Below are positions 8,226 to 17,835 of a stretch of 64,000 bases of DNA, one piece after another (positions within the stretch are counted from its first letter, which is position 1; every line of letters starts with the position of its first letter). The translations under genes and the position numbers were made by a program. Source of the DNA: Actinomycetes bacterium (lineage in GTDB: Bacteria; Auribacterota; JAJCYG01); contig JAJCYG010000065.1 in assembly GCA_029263055.1 (NCBI GenBank), positions 11,458 through 75,457 of the forward strand. The letters are read 5' to 3'. The notes under the pieces were generated by a model that was given only the letters and a program-made list of their open reading frames with translations, was not told the origin of the DNA and did not search any database.

Positions 8226-8346
8226 AGGCACATAATTAGTTCCTTAAAATTTCTTAAAGCCAGTCCCAAAACTAACCGAGATTTCCTTTAACAGCCAATA
8301 GCTTCAAATAGGACATTAGGTTCTTGAAATATCAAATTTCATTATC

Positions 8347-8943
8347 ATGTTAACAGTAGGACTAACAGGTGGAATTGCTTCCGGTAAAAGTAGTGTGGTG
8401 AAGCTTTTAAAACAGCATGGCGCCAAATCAATAGACAGTGATGTTTTGGTTCATCAACACCTCAGGCAAGGAACCCCAGTTTGGAAAAAGGTTGTTCGTC
8501 AATTTGGAAAAGATGTTTTAACTAATTCCAAAAATATTAGTCGGAAAAAACTTGCGAAAATTGTCTTTAATCATCCTCGAAAACTTCGTCAATTAGAACA
8601 AATTGTTCATCCACCCGTAATTGCCGATCTCAAGAAATGGTTAAAAAGTTGGAATAAAAAGAAGCACATTTCATTAGTAGTGGCAGAAGTGCCGCTCTTG
8701 TTTGAAAAAAAATTAGAGTCATTATTTGATGTGGTTGTTGTCGTGACAGCCTCAAAAAAAGAACAAATTTCGCGTTGCTTGAAAAAAGGTTATTCCTCGC
8801 AGCAAGAGGTGCTCAAGCGAATCAATTCACAAATGAATTTGCGAGATAAAGCTCAAAAAGCAGATTTTGTGGTGCGCAATAACGGAACTGAAAAAGATTT
8901 AAAGCTGAAAGTTAATCAGCTTTTGAAAAAATTAAATAGATAA
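8347..8943 (+). CDS. coaE: Dephospho-CoA kinase
   Basis: The P-loop [13 protein letters not shown] is at the N-terminus, and the ~200 aa length is typical of CoaE. Confidence 0.85.
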   Translation: MLTVGLTGGIASGKSSVVKLLKQHGAKSIDSDVLVHQHLRQGTPVWKKVVRQFGKDVLTNSKNISRKKLAKIVFNHPRKLRQLEQIVHPPVIADLKKWLKSWNKKKHISLVVAEVPLLFEKKLESLFDVVVVVTASKKEQISRCLKKGYSSQQEVLKRINSQMNLRDKAQKADFVVRNNGTEKDLKLKVNQLLKKLNR

Positions 8944-8960
8944 AAGGAGATCAAGGTATT

Positions 8961-10328
8961 ATGCCTGACGAGAAGGAAACAAAACAAACTAAGATAGAAA
9001 AACGCCCTGCTAATGGAGAAGGGGCAGAAAAAAAGACAGTGGTTCAATCTAAGCCGCAACCTAAAAAAGGTGGCAAGGATATGAGCATTGTTAAACTCCA
9101 AGAAATGAATATGACAGACTTAGCTAAGATGGCTAAGGAACTCGGTGTTGAAGGAATTGGAAGTCTTAAAAAACATGAACTGATTTTTAAAATGTTAGAA
9201 GCCAATGCGCAGCGTGAAGGTGTGATGTTTGGTGAAGGGGTTTTAGAAGTATTGCCTGATGGATTTGGCTTTTTGCGCTCCCCAAATTACAACTACCTTC
9301 CTTGCCCTGAAGATATTTATGTGTCGCCTTCACAGATTCGTCGATTTGATTTACAAACCGGGGATACAGTTAGTGGGCAGATTCGTTCACCAAAAGATAA
9401 AGAACGTTATTTTGCTTTATTAAAGGTTGAAGCGGTTAACTACGAAAACCCAGAAAAAGCAAAAGACAAGATTCTCTTTGATAACTTGACTCCGCTTTAT
9501 CCGCAAGATCAGCTTCATTTGGAAACAGGTCCTGATGATGTTTCGATGCGGGTGATGGATATGTTGACACCGGTTGGGATGGGGCAACGGGCTTTGATTG
9601 TGGCGCCTCCTCGTACAGGTAAAACTGTTTTGCTTCAACAGATTGCTAATGGAATTACAAAGAACCATCCAGACGCTAAATTAATCGTGTTGTTAATTGA
9701 TGAGCGGCCTGAAGAAGTGACTGATATGGAACGTTCTGTGAAAGGTGAAGTGGTTAGTTCTACTTTTGATGAGCCGCCAGATCGTCACGTCCAAGTTGCT
9801 GAGATGGTGATTGAAAAAGCAAAACGAATGGTAGAACACAAAACCGATGTCATTATTTTGCTCGATTCGATTACACGTTTGGCTCGTGCTTATAATACGG
9901 TTCAACCACATAGTGGTAAGATTTTATCCGGTGGGGTTGACTCCAATGCACTGCATAAACCAAAACGCTTTTTCGGAGCAGCCCGAAATATCGAAGAAGG
10001 GGGCAGTTTAACGATTATTGGTACTGCTCTTGTTGATACCGGTAGCCGAATGGACGAAGTGATTTTTGAAGAGTTTAAGGGAACGGGTAACATGGAAATG
10101 TGGCTCGATCGTCGTTTGATGGATAAACGTATTTTTCCTGCCATGGACATTGAAAAATCAGGTACCCGTAAAGAGGAACTCCTTATGGCAGACGATGATC
10201 TGAAGAAAGTCTGGATCTTGCGTAAAGCCTTAACAGGGATGAATCCGGTTGAAGCCATGGAGTTGATTGTCGAACGGATGAAAAAGACCAAAGATAATCA
10301 GGATTTCTTATCGACAATGAACCGGTAG
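8961..10328 (+). CDS. rho: Transcription termination factor Rho (with Lys/Glu-rich N-terminal extension)
   Basis: The RNA-binding OB region and the ATPase core, including [15 protein letters not shown] and the Q- and R-loops, are recognisable. A good SD AAGGAG precedes the start. Confidence 0.95.
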   Translation: MPDEKETKQTKIEKRPANGEGAEKKTVVQSKPQPKKGGKDMSIVKLQEMNMTDLAKMAKELGVEGIGSLKKHELIFKMLEANAQREGVMFGEGVLEVLPDGFGFLRSPNYNYLPCPEDIYVSPSQIRRFDLQTGDTVSGQIRSPKDKERYFALLKVEAVNYENPEKAKDKILFDNLTPLYPQDQLHLETGPDDVSMRVMDMLTPVGMGQRALIVAPPRTGKTVLLQQIANGITKNHPDAKLIVLLIDERPEEVTDMERSVKGEVVSSTFDEPPDRHVQVAEMVIEKAKRMVEHKTDVIILLDSITRLARAYNTVQPHSGKILSGGVDSNALHKPKRFFGAARNIEEGGSLTIIGTALVDTGSRMDEVIFEEFKGTGNMEMWLDRRLMDKRIFPAMDIEKSGTRKEELLMADDDLKKVWILRKALTGMNPVEAMELIVERMKKTKDNQDFLSTMNR

Positions 10329-10378
10329 TATGGTTTAATGCTAGGCCAAATTGATAATAAGGGCTAAGCTACTGCGTT

Positions 10379-10440
10379 GCAGCTAAAAACAATAGCTTCA
10401 ACGTATATAAAGATACGCATCAGCTATTGTTTTTAGCTGC
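10379..10440. repeat. 19-bp perfect inverted repeat (GCAGCTAAAAACAATAGCT / AGCTATTGTTTTTAGCTGC) with a 24-nt loop, between rho and rpmE
   Basis: Read directly from the sequence at 10379-10397 and 10422-10440. No T-tract follows it. Confidence 0.7.
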
Positions 10441-10506
10441 GCCTTGTATCTTAACCCTTCTTATCAATTTATAGGTATATTCTTAATAGATTTAAGGAGT
10501 TTTAAT

Positions 10507-10749
10507 ATGAAAGCAGAGATACATCCTAAATATGAGACAACATCGATCTCTTGTGTGTGCGGCGAAGTTTTTCAAATCCGTTCAACCAAGCCAGATTTAA
10601 AGATCGGGATTTGTTTTAAATGCCATCCTTTTTACACAGGTAAAGCCAAACACGTTGATACTGAAGGACGTTTGGAACGCTTTAAAAAGAAATATGGCGA
10701 AGGTTATAAAACAAGCAAGAAAGCAAAAAAAGAAGAACCTGCTTCTTAG
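10507..10749 (+). CDS. rpmE: 50S ribosomal protein L31 (with Lys-rich C-terminal tail)
   Basis: The sequence [10 protein letters not shown]...C.C......K.HPF(Y/F)TG is the L31 signature. The start was moved to the ATG at 10507, which has AAGGAG upstream. Confidence 0.85.
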   Translation: MKAEIHPKYETTSISCVCGEVFQIRSTKPDLKIGICFKCHPFYTGKAKHVDTEGRLERFKKKYGEGYKTSKKAKKEEPAS

Positions 10750-10766
10750 CTAAATACATTTGTATA

Positions 10767-10805
10767 AAGACCTCCCTTTTTTAGGGGAGGTCTTTTTGTT
10801 TTTAA
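10767..10805 (+). terminator. Rho-independent terminator after rpmE
   Basis: The stem AAGACCTCCC (10767-10776) pairs with GGGAGGTCTT (10785-10794). It is followed by a TTTGTTTTT tract. Confidence 0.8.
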
Positions 10806-10839
10806 TCAAGAGAACCCTCAACAGATAGTAGAAAAAAAT

Positions 10840-11913
10840 ATGCTTCCAGATTCAGAGCAATTCCGCACCAAACTACACGAACTTGAAACCCAGCTTTCTG
10901 ATCCTGCCATTATTGGTGATCCTAAAAAGTTAAAAGATGTCTCGCTTGATCATGCACGTACTAAAGAGCTTGTGGATGCATTTGATCAGTATGAGTTGAC
11001 TCAAAAAGGACTTAAAGATTCAACTGAAATGTTGAAAGAGAGTCAAGACGACGAAGAGATGGTTCAAATGCTTAATGATGAGATTGAATCGCTGAGCAAA
11101 AAAGAAGCTGAATTAGAGTTTGCCCTTAAAACCTTAATGCTTCCTCCTGACAAAAATGAGGGGAAGAATATGATTATTGAGATTCGAGCAGGCACGGGTG
11201 GAGAAGAAGCCTCTCTTTTTGCCGCGGATCTTTATCGCATGTATGGGAAGTATGCTGAAAGATGTGAGTTAAAAATAGAGCAAATGAGTTTGAGCAATAC
11301 GGGCTTGGGTGGAATCAAAGAAGTTATTTTTACGATTTCAGGAAAAGAAGCCTACAAAAGATTAAAGTTTGAGAGTGGCGTGCATCGCGTGCAGCGTGTT
11401 CCAGATACAGAAGCAAGTGGACGGATTCATACCTCTGCTGTGACTGTGGCTGTGTTGCCTGAAGCTGAAGAAGTGGACCTTGAACTGGATCCTAAAGAAT
11501 TACGTATTGATGTGTACCGTTCTTCAGGACCGGGTGGGCAGAGTGTGAATACCACAGATTCTGCTGTTCGGATTACTCATGTTCCTTCGGGATTGGTTGT
11601 GACCTGTCAGGACGAAAAATCTCAAATTAAAAATAAAGCTAAAGCAATGCGGATTTTGCGCTCGCGTTTGTTAGAAATGAAAGAACGTGAAGAGGCTGAA
11701 AAGCGAGCTAAAGAGCGACGTGAGCAAGTTTCAACAGGGGACCGTAGTGCTAAAATTCGAACGTATAATTTCCCTCAAAGTCGTTTGACCGATCATCGCA
11801 TTAACTTTACCGCACATAATTTGTTGGAAGTACTTGCTGGAAATTTAGATGTATTAGTGGATGCTCTTTTAATGCATGATTACGAAGAACGTTTAAAACA
11901 AGTAAAGAGTTAA
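10840..11913 (+). CDS. prfA: Peptide chain release factor 1
   Basis: The GGQ motif ([20 protein letters not shown]) and the PxT-type region are present, and prmC lies downstream. Confidence 0.95.
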   Translation: MLPDSEQFRTKLHELETQLSDPAIIGDPKKLKDVSLDHARTKELVDAFDQYELTQKGLKDSTEMLKESQDDEEMVQMLNDEIESLSKKEAELEFALKTLMLPPDKNEGKNMIIEIRAGTGGEEASLFAADLYRMYGKYAERCELKIEQMSLSNTGLGGIKEVIFTISGKEAYKRLKFESGVHRVQRVPDTEASGRIHTSAVTVAVLPEAEEVDLELDPKELRIDVYRSSGPGGQSVNTTDSAVRITHVPSGLVVTCQDEKSQIKNKAKAMRILRSRLLEMKEREEAEKRAKERREQVSTGDRSAKIRTYNFPQSRLTDHRINFTAHNLLEVLAGNLDVLVDALLMHDYEERLKQVKS

Positions 11914-12789
11914 ATGAACGAGATATGGACGATTAAAAAAACATTGGCTTGGGGAACAAACTATTTTGACAAAAATGGTGTTGAAAGCCCTCGTCTAAAT
12001 ATTGAACATCTCTTAGCTGAAATCCTTCAAAAAAAACGGATTGAACTTTATGTTGAATTTGATCGTCAACTTAATCCTAAAGAATTAGCTTCTCTTAAAG
12101 AATCTATCCAACGACGAGTTAAAAAAGAACCGCTTCAATATATTTTAGGGTATGTCGAGTTTTCGGATTTAACATTCACGGTTCGTCCTGAAGTTTTAAT
12201 TCCTCGTCCTGAGACAGAGCTCTTAGTTGAAAAACTGACTGCGATTATTAAAGATTTTTTTATCGAACAAAATAAAATCAGAATCGTTGATTTAGGTGTG
12301 GGGAGTGGGTGTATCGGGCTTTCTTTAATTAAACCTTTTTTTCAAGCTGAGTTAATTGGGGTAGATGTTTCCCAAGAAGCATTGAGCTTAGCTCGAGAAA
12401 ATGCCGAAGCAAACGAACTGACTGAACGTGCTCAATTTTTAAAAGGGAGCTGGTTGGCCCCTTTAAAAGAAAAATCAATTGAGCCTGTCGATTTGATTGT
12501 TTCCAATCCTCCTTATGTGACCGAAGCTGAATTTCAAGACTTGCAGCCTGAAGTGAAAGACTTTGAACCTAAGCTTGCTTTGGTTTCAGGTGAGACTGGT
12601 CTTGAAATGTATGAGCAGATTATCCCTGAAGCCAAAGATCATTTAAAAGAGAACGGGATGTTGGCTTTTGAAGTAGGGATGGGACAATCTGAAAAAGTAA
12701 AAAATTTAATGGAAGCAAATGGATTTAAAGACGTCGAAGTGACACACGATTTAAATAATATTGATCGTATTGTGATTGGAAAGAAATAA
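11914..12789 (+). CDS. prmC: Release factor glutamine N5-methyltransferase PrmC (HemK)
   Basis: It has the NPPY motif (IVSNPPYV) and the SAM motif DLGVGSGCIG. It lies immediately after prfA. Confidence 0.85.
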   Translation: MNEIWTIKKTLAWGTNYFDKNGVESPRLNIEHLLAEILQKKRIELYVEFDRQLNPKELASLKESIQRRVKKEPLQYILGYVEFSDLTFTVRPEVLIPRPETELLVEKLTAIIKDFFIEQNKIRIVDLGVGSGCIGLSLIKPFFQAELIGVDVSQEALSLARENAEANELTERAQFLKGSWLAPLKEKSIEPVDLIVSNPPYVTEAEFQDLQPEVKDFEPKLALVSGETGLEMYEQIIPEAKDHLKENGMLAFEVGMGQSEKVKNLMEANGFKDVEVTHDLNNIDRIVIGKK

Positions 12790-12792
12790 GCC

Positions 12793-14061
12793 ATGGATAA
12801 AATCGTACTTGAAGGTGGAACTCAATTAAGAGGTGAAGTGGAACTAAGTGGCGCAAAAAATGCGGCGCTCCCTATTTTGTCTGCCACGATCTTATCTGAT
12901 TCAACCTCTGTGATTCACCGCGTTCCAAATCTTCAAGATATTCGTACCATGGTGACGATTTTAGAATCGTTAGGGGCTGTGGTTGATTGGGATAAGGATC
13001 AAGGGACGATTCAAGTTGATCCTAAAAATATTAATAAAGAAGAAGCACCATATGAGCTGGTTAAAAAGATGCGGGCTTCAATCTGTTTTTTAGGCCCTTT
13101 AATTGGTCGGCTTGGTAAAGCACGTGTTTCTATGCCTGGTGGATGTGTGATTGGACCTCGACCTGTTGATTTGCATTTAAAAGGATTGGAATGTTTGAAT
13201 GTTAAAATCAGTATTGAACAAGGTTATATTTGTGCCGAGACTGAAGAGTTGCGTGGGAATGAAATCTTTTTAGGCGGCCGTTTTGGTTCTTCAGTGTTGG
13301 CAACAGCCAATGTGATGATGGCTGCTGTTCGAGCTAAAGGCCTTACTATTATTGAAAGTGCAGCGTGTGAACCTGAAATTGAAAACCTGGCTCATTTTTT
13401 AATGAAGATGGGAGCTGACATTGAAGGAGCGGGCACACATGTGATTAAAATTCGTGGAGTAGATTCATTGCACGGTGCAGAGCATACTGTGATTCCTGAT
13501 CGGATTGAAGCAGGAACCTTTATGATTGCTGCAGCCATGACGCGTGGGGATGTGTTGATCAAAGGGGTCGACATGGCCATGCTTCACGGTGTGAATGACA
13601 AATTGGCTCAAGCAGGTGTGAAGCTAGAACGAAAAGATGGGAATGTGCGTGTCACGGTTCCGAATGATCTTTCCGTGGTTGATGTGATTACGCTTCCATA
13701 CCCAGGTTTTCCAACAGATTTGCAAGCGCAGATGATGGGGCTAATGAGTGTGACCAATGGTATTAGTGTGATCACAGAAAAAATTTATCCCGAGCGGTTT
13801 ATGCATGTGGCAGAACTCAACCGTATGGCAGCCAGTATTTCTTTAGAAGGGCAGTCTGCCATTGTTAAAGGGGTGAAGCATTTAAATGGTGCGCCTGTGA
13901 TGGCCTCTGATTTACGTGCCAGTGCCGCATTAGTTTTAGCTGGTCTTGTGGCTGATGGATCTACTGAAGTACACCGTGTTTATCACATTGATCGTGGCTA
14001 TGAAAATATAGAAGAAAAATTATCCAAATTAGGCGCAAAAATCCAACGCGTAAAAGAATAG
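12793..14061 (+). CDS. murA: UDP-N-acetylglucosamine 1-carboxyvinyltransferase
   Basis: It shows the EPT fold, the N-terminus LEGGTQLRGEVELSGAKNAALPIL, and the active-site loop with Cys (PGGCVIGPRPVD). Confidence 0.95.
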   Translation: MDKIVLEGGTQLRGEVELSGAKNAALPILSATILSDSTSVIHRVPNLQDIRTMVTILESLGAVVDWDKDQGTIQVDPKNINKEEAPYELVKKMRASICFLGPLIGRLGKARVSMPGGCVIGPRPVDLHLKGLECLNVKISIEQGYICAETEELRGNEIFLGGRFGSSVLATANVMMAAVRAKGLTIIESAACEPEIENLAHFLMKMGADIEGAGTHVIKIRGVDSLHGAEHTVIPDRIEAGTFMIAAAMTRGDVLIKGVDMAMLHGVNDKLAQAGVKLERKDGNVRVTVPNDLSVVDVITLPYPGFPTDLQAQMMGLMSVTNGISVITEKIYPERFMHVAELNRMAASISLEGQSAIVKGVKHLNGAPVMASDLRASAALVLAGLVADGSTEVHRVYHIDRGYENIEEKLSKLGAKIQRVKE

Positions 14062-14092
14062 GGGTCTGGCGCCGCAGGTGCCTGACCCCGGA
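14061..14092. repeat. GC-rich imperfect hairpin immediately after the murA stop. It contains the 15-mer GGTGCCTGACCCCGG, which also occurs at 29360-29374.
   Basis: GGGGTCTGGCGCCGCAGGTGCCTGACCCCGG forms an imperfect 13-bp stem. No T-tract follows. Confidence 0.5.
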
Positions 14093-14100
14093 GAAAAACA

Positions 14101-15441
14101 ATGTTTGAAACTTTAGGTCAAAAATTAAACAAAGTTTTTAAAGATTTACGAGGTTATGGCAAGCTCTCTGAAAAAAACATTTCAGATGCATTGCGTGAAA
14201 TCCGTATGGCTTTACTTGAAGCCGATGTTCATTTTTCTGTGGTGAAAGACTTTTTAAGCAAAGTAAAAGAAAAATCTTTAGGCCAAGAAGTCCTTAATAG
14301 TATTACCCCTGGCCAACAAGTGGTGAAAATTGTTCATGATGAATTAGTCGAGTTGTTAGGGGGAGAAGCCGTTGAGTTAGAACGGCCTAAAGGGTTTGTC
14401 AAAATCTTATTGGTTGGTTTGCAAGGGGCTGGTAAAACAACTACAGCAGGTAAGCTTGCCTCATGGTTGAAACGAAATAAAAAACGGCCTCTACTTGTTT
14501 CTTGTGACACGCAGCGTCCTGCAGCACGCGATCAACTTAGAATTTTAGCCGAACAAGTCGATGTTCCTTTCTTCACCATTAATGATGAAAAAGATCCGAA
14601 AAAAATTGCTGCTGCCGCGATTGACCGTGCAACTGAAGAGGGTGTGGACGCTATTATTGTGGATACAGCAGGACGTTTGCATGTGGATGAAGAATTAATG
14701 GATGAAGTGGTTCAAGTACGTGATCTATTTCAGCCGAACGAAATTTTATTTGTGGCTGATGCGATGACCGGACAAGATGCCGTGCAAAGTGCTAAAGCAT
14801 TTAATGAGTCGGTTGGTACAACCGGAATTATTTTATCTAAGCTTGATGGCGATAGTCGAGGTGGAGCTGCTTTATCAATCCGTTGGATTACAGGTAAGCC
14901 TATTAAGTTTTGTGGAATCGGAGAGAAATTAGATCAACTTGAAGCGTTTTACCCAGACCGAATGGCTTCCCGTATTTTAGGCATGGGAGATGTGGTGAGC
15001 TTAGTTGAAAAAGCTCAAGAAAATTTTAACGAAGATGAAGCTGTTAAAATGCAAGCCAAACTCCAAAAAGGGAGTTTTGATTTTGAAGACTTCTTAAATC
15101 AAATGCGCCAACTCCAAAAAATGGGAGGTATGGGCGAACTCCTAAAAATGATGCCAGGCATGGGCCAGCTCAAAGATTTACAGGTGGATGAAAAAGAGAT
15201 GAAGCGAACCGAAGCCATCATCTTATCCATGACTAAAGTGGAGCGAAGCCGCCCATCCCTACTTGATATTTCCCGGCGCCAACGCATTGCCGATGGAAGC
15301 GGAACCACCTTAAATGAAGTCAATAGCCTCATCAAACGCTTCAACCAATCCCAAAAAATGATGAAAAAAATGGGTGGGATGGCTAAGGGTATGAAGGGCA
15401 AAAAGGGTGGAATGCCCTCAGGACTCCCTTTTGGGAGATAA
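14101..15441 (+). CDS. ffh: Signal recognition particle protein Ffh
   Basis: The NG domain has GLQGAGKTTT and DTAGR, followed by a Met-rich M domain. Confidence 0.95.
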   Translation: MFETLGQKLNKVFKDLRGYGKLSEKNISDALREIRMALLEADVHFSVVKDFLSKVKEKSLGQEVLNSITPGQQVVKIVHDELVELLGGEAVELERPKGFVKILLVGLQGAGKTTTAGKLASWLKRNKKRPLLVSCDTQRPAARDQLRILAEQVDVPFFTINDEKDPKKIAAAAIDRATEEGVDAIIVDTAGRLHVDEELMDEVVQVRDLFQPNEILFVADAMTGQDAVQSAKAFNESVGTTGIILSKLDGDSRGGAALSIRWITGKPIKFCGIGEKLDQLEAFYPDRMASRILGMGDVVSLVEKAQENFNEDEAVKMQAKLQKGSFDFEDFLNQMRQLQKMGGMGELLKMMPGMGQLKDLQVDEKEMKRTEAIILSMTKVERSRPSLLDISRRQRIADGSGTTLNEVNSLIKRFNQSQKMMKKMGGMAKGMKGKKGGMPSGLPFGR

Positions 15442-15457
15442 AAAGCCCTTTTTTTCC

Positions 15458-15485
15458 TTGTAATATATTCCAGTTTACCTATAAT
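15458..15485 (+). promoter_or_regulatory. Sigma70-like promoter upstream of rpsP: -35 TTGTAA (15458-15463), 16-nt spacer, -10 TATAAT (15480-15485)
   Basis: The hexamers and spacing are read from the sequence. It lies ~60 nt upstream of the rpsP ATG. Confidence 0.45.
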
Positions 15486-15546
15486 GCTAGAGCTTTTTAC
15501 CCCGAAATAGTGGGTTTTGAGCTACTTATATAAGGAGAAGCAAGAA

Positions 15547-15798
15547 ATGGCCGTAGTTATCCGGTTACAACGTAAAGGAACGACCAAGCGCCCAACTTAC
15601 CGTGTTGTGGTGACTGATGCTCGTAAACCTAATAATGGAAGATGCTTAGAACGTGTTGGCAACTATTATCCTCTTAAAAATGAAGAGGAAGAACTTGAGT
15701 TGAAATTAGATCGTGTGGAGCATTGGATTGGACAAGGGGCACAGCCTTCTGACACTGTTCGCAGCTTAGTGCGTAAAGCTAAAAAAGCTCAAAAATAA
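15547..15798 (+). CDS. rpsP: 30S ribosomal protein S16
   Basis: MAVVIRLQRKGTTKRPTYRVVV is the S16 N-terminus. The start was moved to 15547, which has AAGGAG upstream. Confidence 0.9.
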   Translation: MAVVIRLQRKGTTKRPTYRVVVTDARKPNNGRCLERVGNYYPLKNEEEELELKLDRVEHWIGQGAQPSDTVRSLVRKAKKAQK

Positions 15799-15801
15799 TA
15801 G

Positions 15802-16482
15802 ATGTTAATTGAATTTTTGACCCTTTTCCCTGAAATGTTTCAGGGGCCTCTTAGTGAAAGCATTCTTAAGCGGGCGCAGGAAAAGGGAGTTGTAGATATT
15901 CGAATTCACGATTTGCGTGAATTTGCTTTAGATCGGCACCAAACCGCTGATGATCGACCTTACGGTGGTGGATCTGGAATGGTGATGTTAGTTGAGCCGA
16001 TTGTGTTGGCATTGGAAAAGTTTTGCCAATCCAATTCAAAAGTTTTGATTCCTTCTCCACGCGGAGAACGGTTTGATCAAAAAAAAGCAGCTGCTCTAAC
16101 TAAAGAAGAGCATTTGATTTTTATCTGTGGGCATTACGAAGGAATTGATGAAAGAGTTTTTGAACTCTTTCCGTGTGAGCCAATCTCGATTGGAGATTTT
16201 GTCTTAACCAACGGTGAAGTTCCTTCTGCTTTGATTGCAGATAGCGTGATTCGGTTGTTGCCAGGTGTGTTGGGAAATCCTGATTCATTAAAACAAGAAT
16301 CGTTTGAAGAGGGGTTGTTAGAATATCCTCACTACACACGTCCAGCAGAGTTTAGAGGAAAAAAGGTTCCAGATGTCTTGTTATCTGGTGACCATCAAGA
16401 GATTGAAAAGTGGCGACAAGCCAAACGGGTAGAAGAGACTCAAAAGTTTCAGCCTGACATGTTAAAGAATTTCGGAGGATAA
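15802..16482 (+). CDS. trmD: tRNA (guanine37-N1)-methyltransferase
   Basis: The SPOUT fold, the FPEMF motif near the N-terminus, and the position between rpsP and rplS identify it. Confidence 0.95.
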   Translation: MLIEFLTLFPEMFQGPLSESILKRAQEKGVVDIRIHDLREFALDRHQTADDRPYGGGSGMVMLVEPIVLALEKFCQSNSKVLIPSPRGERFDQKKAAALTKEEHLIFICGHYEGIDERVFELFPCEPISIGDFVLTNGEVPSALIADSVIRLLPGVLGNPDSLKQESFEEGLLEYPHYTRPAEFRGKKVPDVLLSGDHQEIEKWRQAKRVEETQKFQPDMLKNFGG

Positions 16483-16483
16483 G

Positions 16484-17002
16484 ATGAGTAATATTATTGA
16501 AGAGTTGCAAAAGAGTCAGTTAAGAGATATCCCAAGTTTTCGTGTGGGAGACACCTTAAAAATTTCTTTGAAGATTGTTGAAGGAACACGTGAGCGGATT
16601 CAGGCTTTTACAGGAACATTGATTGCTCGTAAAGGAAAAGGATCTACTGAAACCATTACTTTACGTCGTATTTCTTTTGGTGAAGGTGTGGAGCGTATTT
16701 TACCACTTCACTCACCCCGTATTGATAAGATCGAAGTGATTCAACGTGGGCATGTTCGTCGCGCAAAACTTTATTATCTACGAAGCTTGTTTGGTAAAAA
16801 AGCACGTATTCAAGAGAGTAAGCGTCCTCAAGATCTTCAAGAAAAAGCAGGCGGAAAAAAGGCAAAAGCTGAAAAACCAAAAGTGTTAGAAGCCAAGCCA
16901 AAAGCAGAAGAAAAAAAAGAAGCGCCAAAGGCCTCTCCTAAACAAGCAGAAGCGCCAAAAGCAGAAGCCAAACCTGCTGACAAAACTAAAGACGCAGAAT
17001 AG
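16484..17002 (+). CDS. rplS: 50S ribosomal protein L19 with ~55 aa Lys/Ala/Pro-rich (histone-H1-like) C-terminal tail
   Basis: The L19 core covers ~115 aa. It is followed by [48 protein letters not shown]. Confidence 0.9.
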   Translation: MSNIIEELQKSQLRDIPSFRVGDTLKISLKIVEGTRERIQAFTGTLIARKGKGSTETITLRRISFGEGVERILPLHSPRIDKIEVIQRGHVRRAKLYYLRSLFGKKARIQESKRPQDLQEKAGGKKAKAEKPKVLEAKPKAEEKKEAPKASPKQAEAPKAEAKPADKTKDAE

Positions 17003-17016
17003 TCGCTCTTTAGCTG

Positions 17017-17694
17017 ATGCTTGAATACGAACAAACAACCTGGCAACAGGGAAAGCAATTTGTTGCGGGTGTAGATGAAGCAGGTCGGGGTCCTTTAGCA
17101 GGGCCTGTTGTTGCTGCTGCAGTTATCTTTCCTTCTGAAATTCTAGAACTTTTTAAGCAAGAAACATTTTCTGATCAAGAACGTTATCTTAAAGAGATCA
17201 ACGATTCTAAAAAACTAACCCCTAAAAAACGTGAAAAAATATTTGAAGCCATTGTTGCAGATAAACGTGTGGTTAAAGCATGGTCTGTGATTGATGCGCA
17301 ATGCATTGATGAGATTAATATTCTTAATGCTTCTTATTTAGCGATGCAGAAATCATTGGAACAATTAGATCCTGTTCCTGAACATGTGTTGGTGGATGGA
17401 CACCCTATTAATGCGCAGTACTTTGCTCCTTTTGAAGGGCGTTTTACTCAAGAGGGAATAGTCAAAGGGGACGCGAAAAGTTTGACCATTGCTGCTGCTT
17501 CGATACTTGCAAAGGTGATTCGAGATCGAATGATGCTGGAGTATCATCAGGAGTTTCCTGAGTATGGTTTTGACTCGCATAAAGGGTATGGGACTAAAGT
17601 CCATATGCTGAAGATTCAAGAATTGGGTCCCATCGCGATACATCGAAAAACATTTGAGCCTATAAAGAGCCAATTCTTTTCTAAAAAGAGTTGA
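17017..17694 (+). CDS. rnhB: Ribonuclease HII
   Basis: VAGVDEAGRGPLAGPVVAAAV is the N-terminal catalytic motif of RNase HII. Confidence 0.9.
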   Translation: MLEYEQTTWQQGKQFVAGVDEAGRGPLAGPVVAAAVIFPSEILELFKQETFSDQERYLKEINDSKKLTPKKREKIFEAIVADKRVVKAWSVIDAQCIDEINILNASYLAMQKSLEQLDPVPEHVLVDGHPINAQYFAPFEGRFTQEGIVKGDAKSLTIAAASILAKVIRDRMMLEYHQEFPEYGFDSHKGYGTKVHMLKIQELGPIAIHRKTFEPIKSQFFSKKS

Positions 17695-17835
17695 TAAGTT
17701 GTTCTAACCGGCTCTCCTTCATACTCTTTTCTTAATATACTTTAATGATCTATTTGGGGTTTCATAATAAAGGGGCTTGGTGTATAATTTTTCCCCATAA
17801 CTGGAACTATTTCATTGAGAAGGTCTTATTGATTA

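Noticed and set aside
15424-15437. CTCCC-tttt-GGGAG hairpin near the end of ffh as a terminator
   Set aside because: It lies inside the ffh coding sequence, has only a 5-bp stem, and the following T-run is not preceded by a stable GC stem. It is more likely coincidental.
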